A DNA stretch of 64,000 nt from the NCBI RefSeq assembly GCF_009834535.1, contig NC_045698.1:9426001-9490000 (forward strand). Direction: 5' to 3'. Source of the DNA: Camelus ferus (lineage: Eukaryota). Below are positions 11,192-24,800 of this stretch, piece by piece. The position numbers were made by a program, and so were the translations under genes. How positions within the stretch are numbered: position 1 is the first letter of the stretch; the number at the start of each line of letters is the position of its first letter. The notes under the pieces were generated by a model, which was not told the origin of the DNA, made no database searches, and worked only from the letters and a program-made list of their open reading frames with translations.

Positions 11192-14049
11192 TGCACAACC
11201 ATACACAAAAAAGGAGAAATTAAAAAGCAAACAAACAAACAAGACCTGTTTTCATTACCTGTCCCAAAAAAGAAGTCTGGTTTAAATGAAATTTTGGAAC
11301 AAATGAAGATTTCATTCAGCGCCTTGGCCCATTCTCTTCCTTTGCCAATCCCTCCCACATCTCCCAGTAAAATCACTGCCCTCCTCCAGCCCAACAGCCC
11401 TTCTGACCACACCTAACCTGAGCAATCCACTGTGTGCTTGACCCTTCTATGACTTGGAAAACTCACATGTCCAGAATTACATCAAAGTGATACAAGGTAC
11501 GCCATTTGTTAAAGTGTCGTGACCTGATAAGGCCTAGCCCAAAAGAGTGTATATAAAAGTGAATTCATTACTATAAACTATTTTGTTTCTTTGTGTATAA
11601 TGCTAAGCATTTTAATAAAAGGAGTCTCATTTTTCACAGATATCTTTCAGAATGCTAATTGATGATATGATGATTATGATGGGTTATGTTTGTCTGATAT
11701 GAAATACAAACAGAAATATATTCATTAATTTTTTTCTGGTTGTGGTTTACACTCTAAAAATCTTTAAAAGTATAAGAATATCTATAAGCTGCCAGAAAAT
11801 AAGCCCTGTTTTCCATAGTCAAGGGTCTGTAACCCAGGTAATTAGGCAGTTGTTCAAGAGTAGATGCGATAAAGATGGTTTAAGAGGAGAATAATGAGGC
11901 TTTTTCATTAAAGAAAACGACTGCTTCGGAAAATAAGTCTTAACTTATCAAGAGGCCACTCAAGTATCCATTGCACTTGGTTCCTACAAACAGTGTCCAA
12001 ACATCTCACTCCAACTAACCAATAGCTTTACTATTTCTCAGTGCAAAGCCAAGATCCATATTTTAAGATCAAATTCTAGGCCTTTATTCGGTTACCAAAA
12101 CGGAGAGTTGCTTGAGGAATCTAGAGGTGTGCATCAAAGTAGGATTGAGATTTTGAACAAGTCTTTTAAGTGTTTTTGTCCTCACTCTCTATAATATATT
12201 CATTCAAAAGTTTAGCATCATCATATTTAATATAAAGGACAATAAGGCATATCATGCCTGAATCTCTAAAGATAAGAAAAAATTGTGTATTAGAAAATGG
12301 AAAAAATGGAGAAATGGGAGATAGAGATATGATTTTTAGATTAAATCACTAAAATGTTTAGGAATTTAAGTTACATAAAATTAATATGAGTAGTTTTTTA
12401 AAAAAATCCTTTTACAGTAGAAATAAGCAAAAGCACTTATCTTAATTCAACTTAAAATTCCTATTTTTAGCTTTCAGTACTGTCCTGACACATCAGAAAA
12501 AATGAAGCTCCACGTCACAATTCCAAAGGAAAAAAGAGCAGCAAGTAGCCTCTTCCAAAGCAGAACATATTTTTCTCTGAAGAAAAATGGGAAAAATTGA
12601 GTTAACGTGCTATGATAGTCATCAGGGTTGATCACACAAGTGTGAGGTGAGATTTCTGAACTGCTCTGCTCCAAGTACAGATTTCCCAGTGTGGATTTAC
12701 ACAAACCAGCCAACGCAATGAAACAGATCTTTATTCACATTGAAATTGAGGGCCTAATACATTAAATAATAGCCCAGTTGCCAGAAAAAAATACTTCCTG
12801 AAAATGGAAACTCTCCAAGCTTGTGAATAATTTAGATTTTTATTTTAATTTTGTTTTTGTTTTAATCAATTTCTGCTGGCATACATATGCTCATTGCACA
12901 AGTGTGGAGAGCTCACACTAGTAACTGGCACACAGTACTTTTTTTCTATGCCCTATAGAGACAATGTTTCTCTCAGTCACAGTAAATAGGCTATGCCTTG
13001 GTCAAAAAAACAACTCTAAATCTTCATAGCTTAAAACAAAGATTCTTTGTGACAAGTGTCAGGAATACAATCTACTTCCATAGATGAAATATAGTATCTA
13101 TATAGTAGTGATAATGATAATATTAAATATTATATAGATTCTAATGCTATACAATGTCAACATTATATTTAGGCTATTTAATATTATATGGCCTTTAATG
13201 CTTCGTAACAGCTTAGCAGGAAAGATTGTAGAAATCTGAGTCTCTTCAATCACACTATAATATAATCTTCAATTTCTGCTAGTACTGCTAACGTGTAAAC
13301 TAATGTGTATAAACACATTCTAAACTAGACTTTCTAGCTGGAATGATCTCATGATTCTTAAATTAGTTTCTTCACACTCAATCTGCAGCAAACCTGTTCT
13401 AGGCTATAACACCCTGAGTCTTGGAATAAAATAAAAGATTAGGTTCACTAATGTCATCAGATGAGCTCTTCTGACAAAATTTATCAGTCACTTGGTCAAA
13501 TACTTCGCTTGACAGATAATTAGTTTGAAAAACCTTTTTAATGACAAGTGATTAAATGGACTAAATTTGCCAGCTACCTTGACACCATACATATCTCCCT
13601 TAATTGATGGTGTGGAAAATATTTCAAAGTCATTATTTATTTGAAATATTTCCAAAACAGATTTAAAGTGTAGCACATTATTATGGCTTTTTGTTAAGCT
13701 TAGAATGTCTTTTGAGGCATGCTTATTTTCTAGAACGTGTTTGAGAAACCCACGAATAAATGTGGCCCTGTCTATTAAAAATAAGCACTATTTTTCAATC
13801 AAAGTGAGCAAGATGGATTTAAAGTACGATTTAAGTGCAGTGTCTAGCTATTTCTCGCAGTTGTTTCTGGGTGCCTGAACAGATATTCATGTACAATGCT
13901 TACGAATGTATTTTCATATAAATGATACCACAGTATTGAAAGGAATCCAAGCAGACATGAACACATCATCACATCTTCCCTACCCCATCCTTACCCAACT
14001 AGTACCGCATACAGCCTGGGACCAATAATACCATCCATGTCCATTTAGG

Positions 14050-14140
14050 CAGCCATATTTGGGACATATGTATGCTAAAAAAAATTTTGTTATTTATCTG
14101 AATTTTAAATTAAACTGGCTGTTTCATCTGGAAATCCTGG
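14050..14140. mobile_element. MER53-like hAT fragment (one arm)
   Basis: 'tgggacatatgtatgctaaaaaaaattttgttatttatctgaattttaaattaaactgg'. Confidence 0.65.
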
Positions 14141-15558
14141 TGACAATGCAGTTCCTTGAAATATAATAGTGGTCAGGTTAAATAACTGTTAATATTTCTT
14201 CTGTTTTCTTTGCCTCAGAATGAATTATTCATTTGTGCTGAGCAGTGTGCAAACAATAATAAAGCCAAATCCACATTTTCGTGACACTCCTGACAAACTG
14301 CCGCCATATTAAAGAAATAAATTACAGGTCCTCTATCGCCTAGCAGCATGGCCCTCATCCCTATTTTTGAGGCATTTCAATCAACCTTGCAATCTTCACC
14401 AAGATGTAAGATATTAAACATATAATTTATCCACCCTGAAGTAGCATTGATTTTAGAACTGTACGATCTTCTGACTTTTTTTTTTTTTCCAGAGAATGGT
14501 CAAACTGACCATTTGGGCTATAAATTAGGTTTTTCATGGCTAGCATACTTCACATCGGCACTTTATTATACAAGCAACAATTATGTCATCGCCAGGCCCT
14601 GGTACAACACGAAGGGAGTGTAAATGTCAGGATTGATGGTGATGGCTCAGAGCCAGCTCATTATAATACAACTGTGTTGCCTTTGAAAGAACTGAGTATG
14701 TATTATCCACCTACCAGTGCACCAAAGCCGCATCATAAACATAGATCTCTAACTGCAGCCCATTTAAATGATGAAAGGGTGTATATTAATCTATGAGATT
14801 GATTTTACCCAGGGGGGAGAAATTGTTCTCTCTATTTATGAAAGTCAAAGCATTCAGTGCACAGAGAAGCACTTATCAAATGAGCCTGCAGTATGAGGAT
14901 GCATTTCACTAATGCTTCTTGCTAAGATAAATAGTCTGTGGTCGTAAAAGATGCTACTACAATTTGCTAGAAATAAAGGAACTAAAAAGAGCGACATGTG
15001 TACAGCGTTTTGTAAACCCCGGAGAGTAAATTTTCTAAATTACCTGGCCTCTGTGTTTGATATACTTAATTTGAAAGTCATTGATAAAACATGACAGTAA
15101 TTTTATGCACACATACACATACAAATAACTCAGTAGTTTTTATATTTAGTACTCCTCACAGGTAAGTTAATAAATCTTTTGGCAATAATCACATGCTTCA
15201 GACATACAAATCATTTTCAGGATCATAGGATCCCAATATTTTTTTTTCAGATTGGGAAAATTATTTAAACATAGAATGTTCTCTATTCTTTCTCTCTCCA
15301 ACAAGATTAGAATGTTTCAATTTAAGTGTGTAACTTCAAAACTAAGCAAGAGAGCTCAGCAGACTGCTTTCTGTGATGCTTGCCATTCAGATATCTTTGA
15401 AGCGTATCATCTCATCTTTAAACATCATTACCTAAGCCCAAAGTTAGAGGATTTGTTTTTTCCTCTAGTAGGCTCTTAACAGATGCTTCTGGGCACATCT
15501 TCTACCTGCTAACACTCAAATTACAGATTCCAGGGGGAAATGAAACTTCACATAGTTT

Positions 15559-15634
15559 GAGTATGTGTATGTATGACTGGGACATTCTGCTGTGCACCAG
15601 AAGTTGACACATTGTAACTGACTATATTTCAATT
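15559..15634 (+). mobile_element. Very short camelid-type L1 3' end
   Basis: 'gtatgtatgactgggacattctgctgtgcaccagaagttgacacattgtaactgactat' is related to the ends of the 3692 and 8644 copies; no TSD found. Confidence 0.8.
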
Positions 15635-15762
<128 letters not shown>

Positions 15763-16149
15763 GTAAGAAATAACTGCATATATTTCAAGGCAGGGTTGAG
15801 AGAAGTTGGCTTTAAATATTCTCATATATGTTTAGTCTCTGAATTCCTATATAACCTTCAAGATCAGTGTACTTATCTGCATTTTTCAGGTTGAGACACT
15901 AAAATGTGAAAGATGAAAGTCCCAAAACTAACAAATGGATGAGGAAAATTTTGAACCTAAGACTTCCCATGTTGGGTAGCTGCCTTTCATAGGAGCCCTG
16001 CTTCTCTGGGGAGTGGGAGGAGCGGGATGTGGAGTGGGCTACGGACTTCCGGCTGAGCCTCACTTTTTGTCACATTATCTTCTTCCCAAAGGGCATTTAC
16101 ATCGTCTCCTTGATTCCCAGTTTTGTTGGATGGAATCATCCATGTAGAA

Positions 16150-16712
16150 CTTGGTATGAAATCCAGACGTCAACTTTAATCCCAACCCCTCTCCACCGAA
16201 TCATCGGTAAATCCTGTCAACCCACCTCCCCGCGTACCTCTCACACGGGATTCCCTGTTCTTGCCTTCAGGGCCGCTGCCTCTGCTCAGGTCCTCACTGT
16301 CACCTCACCTGGACTGCTACTCTGCCCTGAAGTGGTCTTCCTGTAACAATTGTTTTTTTCCTTTTGTCACTTCCAGGCCATGCTCCTACATAACTCTTTC
16401 TAAAATGCAAATTGAGCCATGCCTGCCATTCCCCGGCTCTTCTTATTTTGATGTCACCCAAATTGTCTGTAAATGAAATCCAGACATCTTTGTATGGAGT
16501 AAGTAAGTCTTTTAATGACCTAGCCATCTTCCTGCCTCTTAGCTTTATCCACCACCCCTGGCATAAAGGAACCTTACTTTGAAGTCTTACCAATTTTATG
16601 ATCACCCCATCTATCTACCTCTTTAATTTCGTTAGCTCTTGTCCTCTATAACACTGTCTCCTTCCCTAGAACAATCTCGATCTCTGGTGCTGCCATAGAA
16701 AATTTTGCTCAT
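16150..16712 (+). mobile_element. L2 LINE fragment
   Basis: 'ctcacctggactgctac...tctttctaaaatgcaaattgagccatg...aaatccagacatcttt' typical of the L2 3' region; appears to resume after 17086. Confidence 0.7.
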
Positions 16713-17081
16713 TGCTATTGTCTGAATGTCTGTGCCCCCTCTCCCTGACCAAAGCGTCAGTTCATTTGTTGAAACCTAACGCCAAATGGAATGGTGTTAG
16801 AAGGGGAAGCCTTTGAGAGGTGCTTAGGTCATGAGGATAGAGCTCTCAACAACTGGATCAGAGCTCTTATAAAAGAGCCCCCACATGCTACTTCCACCGT
16901 GTGGGGGCGCAGTGAGAAGCTGGCAGTCTGGGAACAAGAAGTGGGCTCTCACCAGAACGCAGCCATGCTGGCACCCTGATCTTGGACTTCCCGCATCCAG
17001 AGCTGTGAGAAATGAGTTCCTATTGTTTGTAAGCTAACAGGTCTCTGGTATTTGTTACAGCAGCTCAAAGGAACTAAGACA
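16713..17081 (+). mobile_element. MLT1A/A0 MaLR solo LTR with perfect 5-bp TSD
   Basis: TG...CA ends (tgctattgtctgaatg...gaactaagaca); TSD ctcat at 16708-16712 and 17082-17086. Confidence 0.9.
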
Positions 17082-17600
17082 CTCATATTTTTAAATGGCT
17101 TCAAATAACATTTCCTCAATGAACCATAGCCTTAAGCCATTTTCCCTCTATCTCTCCTTCTATGTGTGTTTGTGTGTGTATGTCTGTGTGTCTGTGTGCG
17201 TATGTGTGTGTTTCCCCAAAGCATTCTGAAAAGTGAATAAGATAGAAGAGTTCCAAAAATAGAAAAATTTCTGGCTTTTGTCTAAATCTCTTTGCAATTT
17301 CCTTATTTGCTTGAAGGGTAAACAAACTAACTTTTTAGAATGATATGCGAGGCATGACTCTTGCTTCTGTGTTCTGAGTAATTTCTCATTAAATATTTCC
17401 TTTCACTTAGATTTCACCAAAACTTATCTTTTTCTCTAAATATATCATCCTTATCAGTACCTCCTTGGATCTTTCATATGCTGTTTTAAATAATAAGAAC
17501 CATCTTCTATTATTGACTGAGTGGAAAAATTTCAAAATCCAGCTCACTCAGAACCTTTCAATAAATAATTTTAAGAATTGATAGGTAAAGTTGAATAGCA

Positions 17601-17995
17601 TGGTATTAGTCAGTCTTACACTGATAATAACCACGCACACAAAAAAGTCTCAATGTCTTACAACAACTTTGTTTGGCTGCTAAACTCTTTTCTGTGTATT
17701 TTCTCATTCCTTCTGGGACTCAGACTGAAAGGCAAGCCCCTATTTGAATTTGTCTTTGTTCTGATAAGTGACAAAGAACTAAAAGGCTGGTAGAAACACA
17801 AGATGTCTTTTAAAGTTACATCATGGTTTCAGTGCCCATCACATCCAGTCACCTGCCCTTGGACAATACAAAGCACATGGACCAACCCAGCTTCAGTAGG
17901 ACACACTGCATGTATGAAGGCAATTCTCAAGGATGAATCATCCTTTAATTAGAAAGATGAGTAACTATTTGGGAACAATAATGCAAACTACCTCC
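17601..17995 (-). mobile_element. Old MLT1 (J/K/L-like) LTR
   Basis: 'gtattagtcag...gggactcagactgaaaggcaagccc...catcacatccagtcac...gaacaataatgcaaactacc'. Confidence 0.65.
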
Positions 17996-18029
17996 TTAAT
18001 TAAATTCATTTGGAAATTTTATCTCTAGC

Positions 18030-18170
18030 ATCTTTCCTCTTTGAACAAAAGAATGTGATTTATTCAGCCTTTTATATCCAGCAACTACCACAGTGCCTGA
18101 AACACAACAGTGTTCACTAATTTTTGGCTAAATGAATTATTGGATGGATGAATGGATAAAGATGAGGGAA
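18030..18170 (+). mobile_element. L2 3' end
   Basis: 'acagtgcctgaaacacaacagtgttcactaatttttggctaaatgaat...ggatggatgaatgg'. Confidence 0.65.
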
Positions 18171-20253
18171 CAAGTGGATATAACAATATTGCACTGTAAT
18201 TAATTTTTGACATGGAACATAACCAGAAATTCCTCTGAGCATAGGTGTTTTATTCAGATTTCTTTCATCACCCTTCCTGAAACTTCCTGCGATGAGCATG
18301 GCATGGTGTGGGGACATATTCAGACAATCCTGCTGAGGAATGAGAAAATAAATGACTATAGTGAATAGGCAATCTGAGCCCCTTCATGTAAAATTGTCCT
18401 CCGATCAGTCCTCACTAGCTGGGCATGTCATATAAAGGAGACAGGATCCTCCACTAGCTACAATTGAAGAGAACTCTGGAAAACTACCCAAATTTTTGCT
18501 CTATACAGCCTCACTCTTGAAAGCACATTGTGTGTATGAGTTTGGTTTTATACAGCTCAATATAATTAAAATTCAAAGAGGAAGAAATGTCTACCTCCAA
18601 AGACAAAAACTGTCCCCTTAAAAATAATGCCAACATCTATTTCTGTCCTGTAAAAAAATATCCAAAAAGTATTTTATGGCATTTTCTCAGAACAGCATGG
18701 AATAAAGTGGAAACAGAAGCTGTAGCTGTGGTTCCATTGTTAAGGGAGTGAACAGAAACACTGTTTCCAGGTAAGTATATAAAGCTGTGGTGGTTAGTTT
18801 TGCTGTTAGTGAGAAATCTGGGCTGAGTCATCTTCTGGTCTCTCATGTAAGACATTTAGTTGTCTGGAAAGTGATGATGCTATTGTAATTGGCATAGACA
18901 TTGGCAGTTTGCATGGAAACCACTTGCCTTTGTCATTAATTCCATCCTTGGCTCGCCTGGCCAACTTACGTTCCCTTCAGACTGTCAGACTTAACATCTT
19001 ACTGAATCTTCCATCACAACTACAGTAATTTTTCCTGCTGCCAGTGCTCTTTTTTGGATATGATTTTGCTCACCAAACTAAATTGAGTATCTATTTAACA
19101 CCGAGAAGGTTTAATAAAACTAAATTTATCTGCTGCCTTTGAGTTGGGAGGTTCTGAAGAAGGTTTGAGAACACCCAAGATTTACCCTCTTTTAGTATCA
19201 TCATTAAAATTAATCATTTCTGAAGGAAATATTTCCAAAAATCTATTCAACATTTACATATTTTCTTTAAAAAGGATGTAAATATGCATTTGTCTTGATG
19301 AATCAGCATTGCTACAATTAGTTCCCATTAATACACTAATTACTGGCTTGCTTGCTTTTTTTTAAGCTGTTTATTGTAATATTTTGTTTAATTTGTTTGC
19401 CTTTTATGAAATTCATTCCCCATAATTTTTAATTGCTACTTGTTATCAGCTGTAATGGATAAAAAGGTAAAATTTTGACTGTAAAATTTCTATACCTATT
19501 GAGTCAATAGCCTGGGAATAAAAGTCATTTATATGAAGTGAAAAGCAAACTGTGTAGCATATCCCCTTTATAAGCCTTTTCTGCTGCATCAGTATTTCCT
19601 TCTTTTTTCTCCTTTTTTTTTTTTTTTCCTTTTGTCAATCAAGCTTGCCAAAACATTAGGACAAATTCTGTGGACAGGTAAACTAAATAAAATATTTTTT
19701 AGAAAATCTAGAGCACCATTTACTGTAAGATACACCATTATTTTACCACTCTCTAGAAAAGAAAAATATTTCTAATTAAGCTTTTTTTTAATCACTCCGA
19801 GTTGCTTCATTATAAATTCAGTAGTGATTACTTGAAGACTTATTTAACATGTGTTTTTAGCTTCACAGTAAAAAAAAAAATAAAAGAAAGAAAATATAAA
19901 TGGACCAAGTTCATTATGCTACTCCTCAAACTTCTTGGGCAACTTCACTTTCTGTGTGAATCTGTTTCCTACCATTCTGGCCTTCACCATGGGATAGAAT
20001 TTTCTTCAACCTGATTATGTAGTTCCAACATTTTCCCTCCAGTAATTTTCATCAGTCACTTTATCAGTTTTTACTCATTAGCCAACTGAAACTCAGCTAT
20101 AAAATCTGAAAAGATGTCATACCATGCTTATTTTTCTGGCTTAATTGGGAGAAAATAACACCTCTGTGTGACCGGACGTTCACTGCGGTTTCTTTCTAAA
20201 AACTTACAAATTTTCTCCTGATATGAAAGTCCTGTTTCTTTTGTAAGATCATA

Positions 20254-20289
20254 ACAACACAACACACACACACACACACACACACACAC
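20254..20289. repeat. (CA)n microsatellite
   Basis: Directly visible. Confidence 0.9.
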
Positions 20290-21741
20290 TTTTAATGAGA
20301 AGCTTTTTCCCTGGAATCTGAAGTTAAATGTTATATCAATGTAGTTTAAAACTCATAGTAGAAGGTATCTTTTCATTTTATTTTTAATGCTGTTGAGTGC
20401 ATACTCATGTACCTAGACCTCTGCGGTCTGCCAGAGCCGTGATGCCTCAGTTGATTTACTAGATTTGCTATTTGCTTCCACGAACAAAAGTACTTCCTTC
20501 TAGTACAAAGGGATGTCCAGTCCCTACACTTCCTGGAAAACTCTCTCCATACCAAGACGGTAGACAGCACATCAGCCTCCTGGCTTCTCAGAAGTCCCTG
20601 CCAGCTTACTTTCATCTTCACTCTAATATGACCTTAAGTGACTCCACAACAGCTGTTGGGTCTTTAGCACAGCACCTGTCTGTTTCAATTATGAAAATGT
20701 TTAGAGCAATTACCTTGGCAGGAACCAGTCTCAAGGACCCATCCTTCCCGTTGACCCGTCTTGAACACATTTCGTTCCTGTCATCACTTTGTTAATGTCA
20801 CCTAATGCATCTCTAAAACACAATTTTATCTCTGATATTTTCATTAGGTCAAAGAAGTTCAATTAATCTCAGAGTATAGTTCCTTGCAGACACTGTGGCC
20901 AGAATTTCACTTGTCTCATTAACAAGAATAAATTCAGCAACCAAAACAAAACAAGACAAAAATGCAAGTGCTCTCCTCCCTGAGCATTCCCAAGACCCAC
21001 CCTGGCTGATGTTTTGAGTAAGGATCCAGCTGTTCATCTAACAGCCCTAGGAATTGATGACACCAGTGGCTTTAAAGCAAGCCAAGGCAGATGGGACCCT
21101 CTTTTTTAGCAATAGTGGGTGTAACAGAGGCAAAGAACTTCAGTCGCAATCCTCCCTGTCAACAGGTCTGCCCTCTCTTGGAAAATAAGGCACGAGCATG
21201 AACTAAACATGGAGGATAATTTGATAGTGTCTGTGGGGAAAAGAAACTCTCAGTTTAATAGACAGGATTATAAATATTATAATAGAGTTATTAGTGAGAG
21301 CAGACTGAAAAGCAGCTGGATTGTAGCAGTCAAAAATGCCGTAGCCCCAGGCTTGAATATGAGAGTGCACAGCTGAAGCGGCTTTGCATCAGACGTTCTG
21401 TTCTGCAGCACCAATGAAGCTGGAGAGAAGGAAGAGCTCATTAGCAGTCATTCTGCTAATGACTCCAGGGAGAAGGGCGGATCATTACTCAGAGGGCTTA
21501 GCCACTATTTGCTTCTGAGAAGCAGCAGTGATGATATCTGAGTGAGTCTCTTTTGACAAGAACATCTCTGGTTGAAATATTGGGAACTGCAGGGCACGTC
21601 TCTCAAGGGAAAGGGGGAACTTGAGAAATCTTAGTGGTACTTTGTGGGGTAGAAGAATCCCCCGGATGCTCAGAGCACGGCTGTGTGAGGATGAGCGAGA
21701 GGGAAGGTCGCATGACGGTTTTGCATGTGTAATAGACTCAC

Positions 21742-21826
21742 CAGCTCCCGTGCACCCACGTGGTCGTTGAGGAGTCATGGTGCTGATACGGAGAGGTCAA
21801 CTGGTCTCACACCCTTGAAGAAAATT
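21742..21826 (-). other. Candidate 85-nt exon of an unknown, probably non-coding transcript
   Basis: Acceptor ctgttttcctgtag| and donor CTG|gtgagt; all three frames hit a stop before the internal caccATG. Confidence 0.3.
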
Positions 21827-24800
21827 CTACAGGAAAACAGTGGAAACTAAATGCTATTCAAAACCGTACTTATATTATAAGTTACTAAGCAACTTGAGAC
21901 AAATGTCCTACTTTAATCCCCTAAAGTCTTTTAGGGGTAATGGGTGTCCACATTAACTCCAGACCTTGAAAACAAGGGGGCCAGATCAGTCAACTGGGCA
22001 CTTCAGTGTTGAGACGAAGTCATTAAAAGGAGCAGACAGACCCATGAAAAGTATTTTTTGCTAACGAAGAGTCCTGAAACTGTAGCCTATAGGTAATAGT
22101 ACCCTGTCACTCAGGCTGCTAAAGCACATTCAGTTAGGAAAAGATTTAAAGGCTGATGAATTATGATAACAACATTTTTCTTCTGTAATTGTGACATTAA
22201 ATTTGAATTTCATTCCAAATTTAAATCAAATTTAAATTTGAAGTAAAATTTTTGAATTAAATTGTGAAAGTATTGGCTTATTACATATAACCATTTGGGC
22301 CACAGTTCTAAGGCTAAGAAAAAAAATTGATAATTTCAAAAGCAGAATTTTAGGAAAAGCCACAGAAAAAGAAGCCTGTTGTTCCTTGGGAAGCACTCTT
22401 AGGAACAAGTGATACTGAAGCCATTCCTTTCTACCCAAAATGATGTCCCCCGTCACAGTGACTTTCCCACAAAGCTAAACTGATGACATTTGAATTCCGG
22501 CAGATTTAAGAATGGAATGATGAGTGAGAGGAAACTGATCAGTGAGGTCCCTGGCCAGTGGAACTGAAGTTGCCAGAAGGATCAGAGCTATCTGAGCAGT
22601 GGTTATGTCATTAAGCTGGAGTTCCCATCTGTGACAGGTGAGTGCCTTAGCTTTGCCCACCCTGTGGCCGCTTGGGCAACGAAAAGTTCAACCATGATAG
22701 ACGGAGTTAAAGAGCTGCTCAGGAAGACAGTGCAAGCCAGTTTTGCAAATTAGTTAATATTGGATGGAACACTAAAAACAGATTTGTTTTGTTTGTTTTT
22801 TAATTCTAGAAAGGTAGACCACCGACTCATGAGTTCCTTTCTCACAAATCTGGATCTAGAGGCGGATTTAAGAGAAGCATGCTAGATAACTGTAGCAGCC
22901 GATGCTGCCCATCACCAGCTCACACCCCTGGGGCATTCACAGTAGCCATTCCCACTGGGCTGTCCCCAGGGGCAGGAGCCAGCTCAGCCTCCCTGCGGGA
23001 CAAGCCAGGGTGCTTAAGAGTTAAGCGCTCTGAAGCAGCCCACAACCGGTAACAAACAGGAAGCGGTGGGCAAGCAAAATAATGTCGCACTCCTCTGGAG
23101 GGACAATTCTGAGGCTTGCTGGACACAAAACCCCGACTTCCAGCATCATTAATGCAACACACACTGGGTCATGTGGGAATAAATAGAGGTCATACTAGGT
23201 AAAAACATACAGTTTAAAAAAAGTGAGTTGAAAACAGAGATGCAGCGAGAAGAAGAGGAGCTGTGTCTTAGGTCCAGGGTGAGCAGAGGCGTCTGCTACG
23301 TTCAGGGAGAGGCAGAGTGCCTCCCTTCTCCTTTCTGCCCCTCTCCTACCCTTTGAAAGCCTGTGTGTGTGTCACTGCTGTAACTCTGTGATGTGCATCT
23401 AGGATTCACGTCCAGAGCTCACCTTCTCAAGGCCCACCTGCCTGAGGCAGCAGAGCTCTTCAAATGATGGAGAAGTAGCTCCTTTGGAAATTCCATTTCT
23501 ATTTTTTGTGTGTTGTGTGATTCCTCAGTGTACTTTTCCACCTTATAAAGAAGATTCTATCTTCACCAATATTTTGGAAAATTAGAGAGAGCGATCAGGT
23601 GAGAGCACGCGTAGACCAGATCGCAGAGCAGCTGGACGCTGTCTTCTCCTCTTCCTCTCCCCACCTCCCTGCATCAGTTACACTGGCAAAGCGAGAAGCA
23701 GGAGCTCTCGGGCCAGACTGAAACATCATCATTCCAGGGAACAAGACAAATCTTTGTGCACGTGGTCGATGGCGCCATGGTATAATTTCAAATAAAATTA
23801 TAAAATAAAATCAACAGTGATTCAGTGACCCTGGATTTGGTTGTGAAGAGGGTTCCGGAAACCTGTAGGAGAACAAAGTACCCCAATCCTTGATCATTGG
23901 TCTCCCCACCAGGTGGGGCAGCGAAGTCTTTGTACTCAGGCTGATATGGAGAGCAGTGTTCAGGAGAGCAATGGGGAGCCCCTGAAAGACTCAGTCAGAT
24001 CAGAGGCCAGAGCCCTGGTTCTGCCCTGTCGGATGGCAATACTGTGTCCTTCTTAAGCAGAGGAATACTAACTGAAATATCAACTGAGGATCACACAGAG
24101 AAAGCAACTCTCTGGGGAAGAAATGTAAGAAATACCACTGTGCCCTTATAAAGAACAACAGGAAAGGAACCCAGGGCTTCATTAATCCAACACAGAGAGT
24201 CATGAGCATTGAGTGCCTGCACAGGGGAGACGGAGTCTGTCCAGACTTATTTTTTTTCTTGTCTTATTCTTTTCTTGTTTCTCAGAGTCAAAGCGGAGAC
24301 AGGTAGGGGGAGGTGGAGGAGGGAGCACTGAAAGGCTGATTTAGATTCATTTCTCCCTGAGCTTTCCAAGGGTTACCTATAATCTCTTCTTCCATGGGTT
24401 CCTATATCCACAGTCTCAGAGGAATCTGGTTGTTAATATGAGTCCCTCAATAAATAAAATGAAGCCCACAGCAAGGTGTGTTCATAGGGACAGAATCAGA
24501 GCCTGAGATAAATCTCAGATTCTCTGCTCTGCCTGCTCCCGGGAATGAATGATTGAGGAACCTGGCCAGTGGGTGTTGCCCCACAGTTGGTCATGCGATA
24601 TGCAGTGGAGGCAAATTGGCTTTGGAGGCAGACTTCTGGGAAATGTCTTTGGACAAGTGTCATCGACCTCCCAAGTCTCACATTCCTCCATGAGATGGCA
24701 CCTGGGGGCTGTAACTGCACAGTAATTGTGGGGTTCACAGGGGACAGCATGTGGAATCCACTGAGTCAATGACAGATTTGTACATGCACCTGAGCTCTAC

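Noticed and set aside
11132..11416. Poly-His ORF and poly-Gly/Trp antisense ORFs
   Set aside because: Products of the (CAC)n microsatellite; no supporting gene structure.
21772..21790. REST/RE1 site (tcagcaccatg on the minus strand)
   Set aside because: Only the left half-site; the GGACAG half is missing.
22226..22241. 16-bp palindrome tcaaatttaaatttga
   Set aside because: Low-complexity AT-rich context makes it likely by chance.
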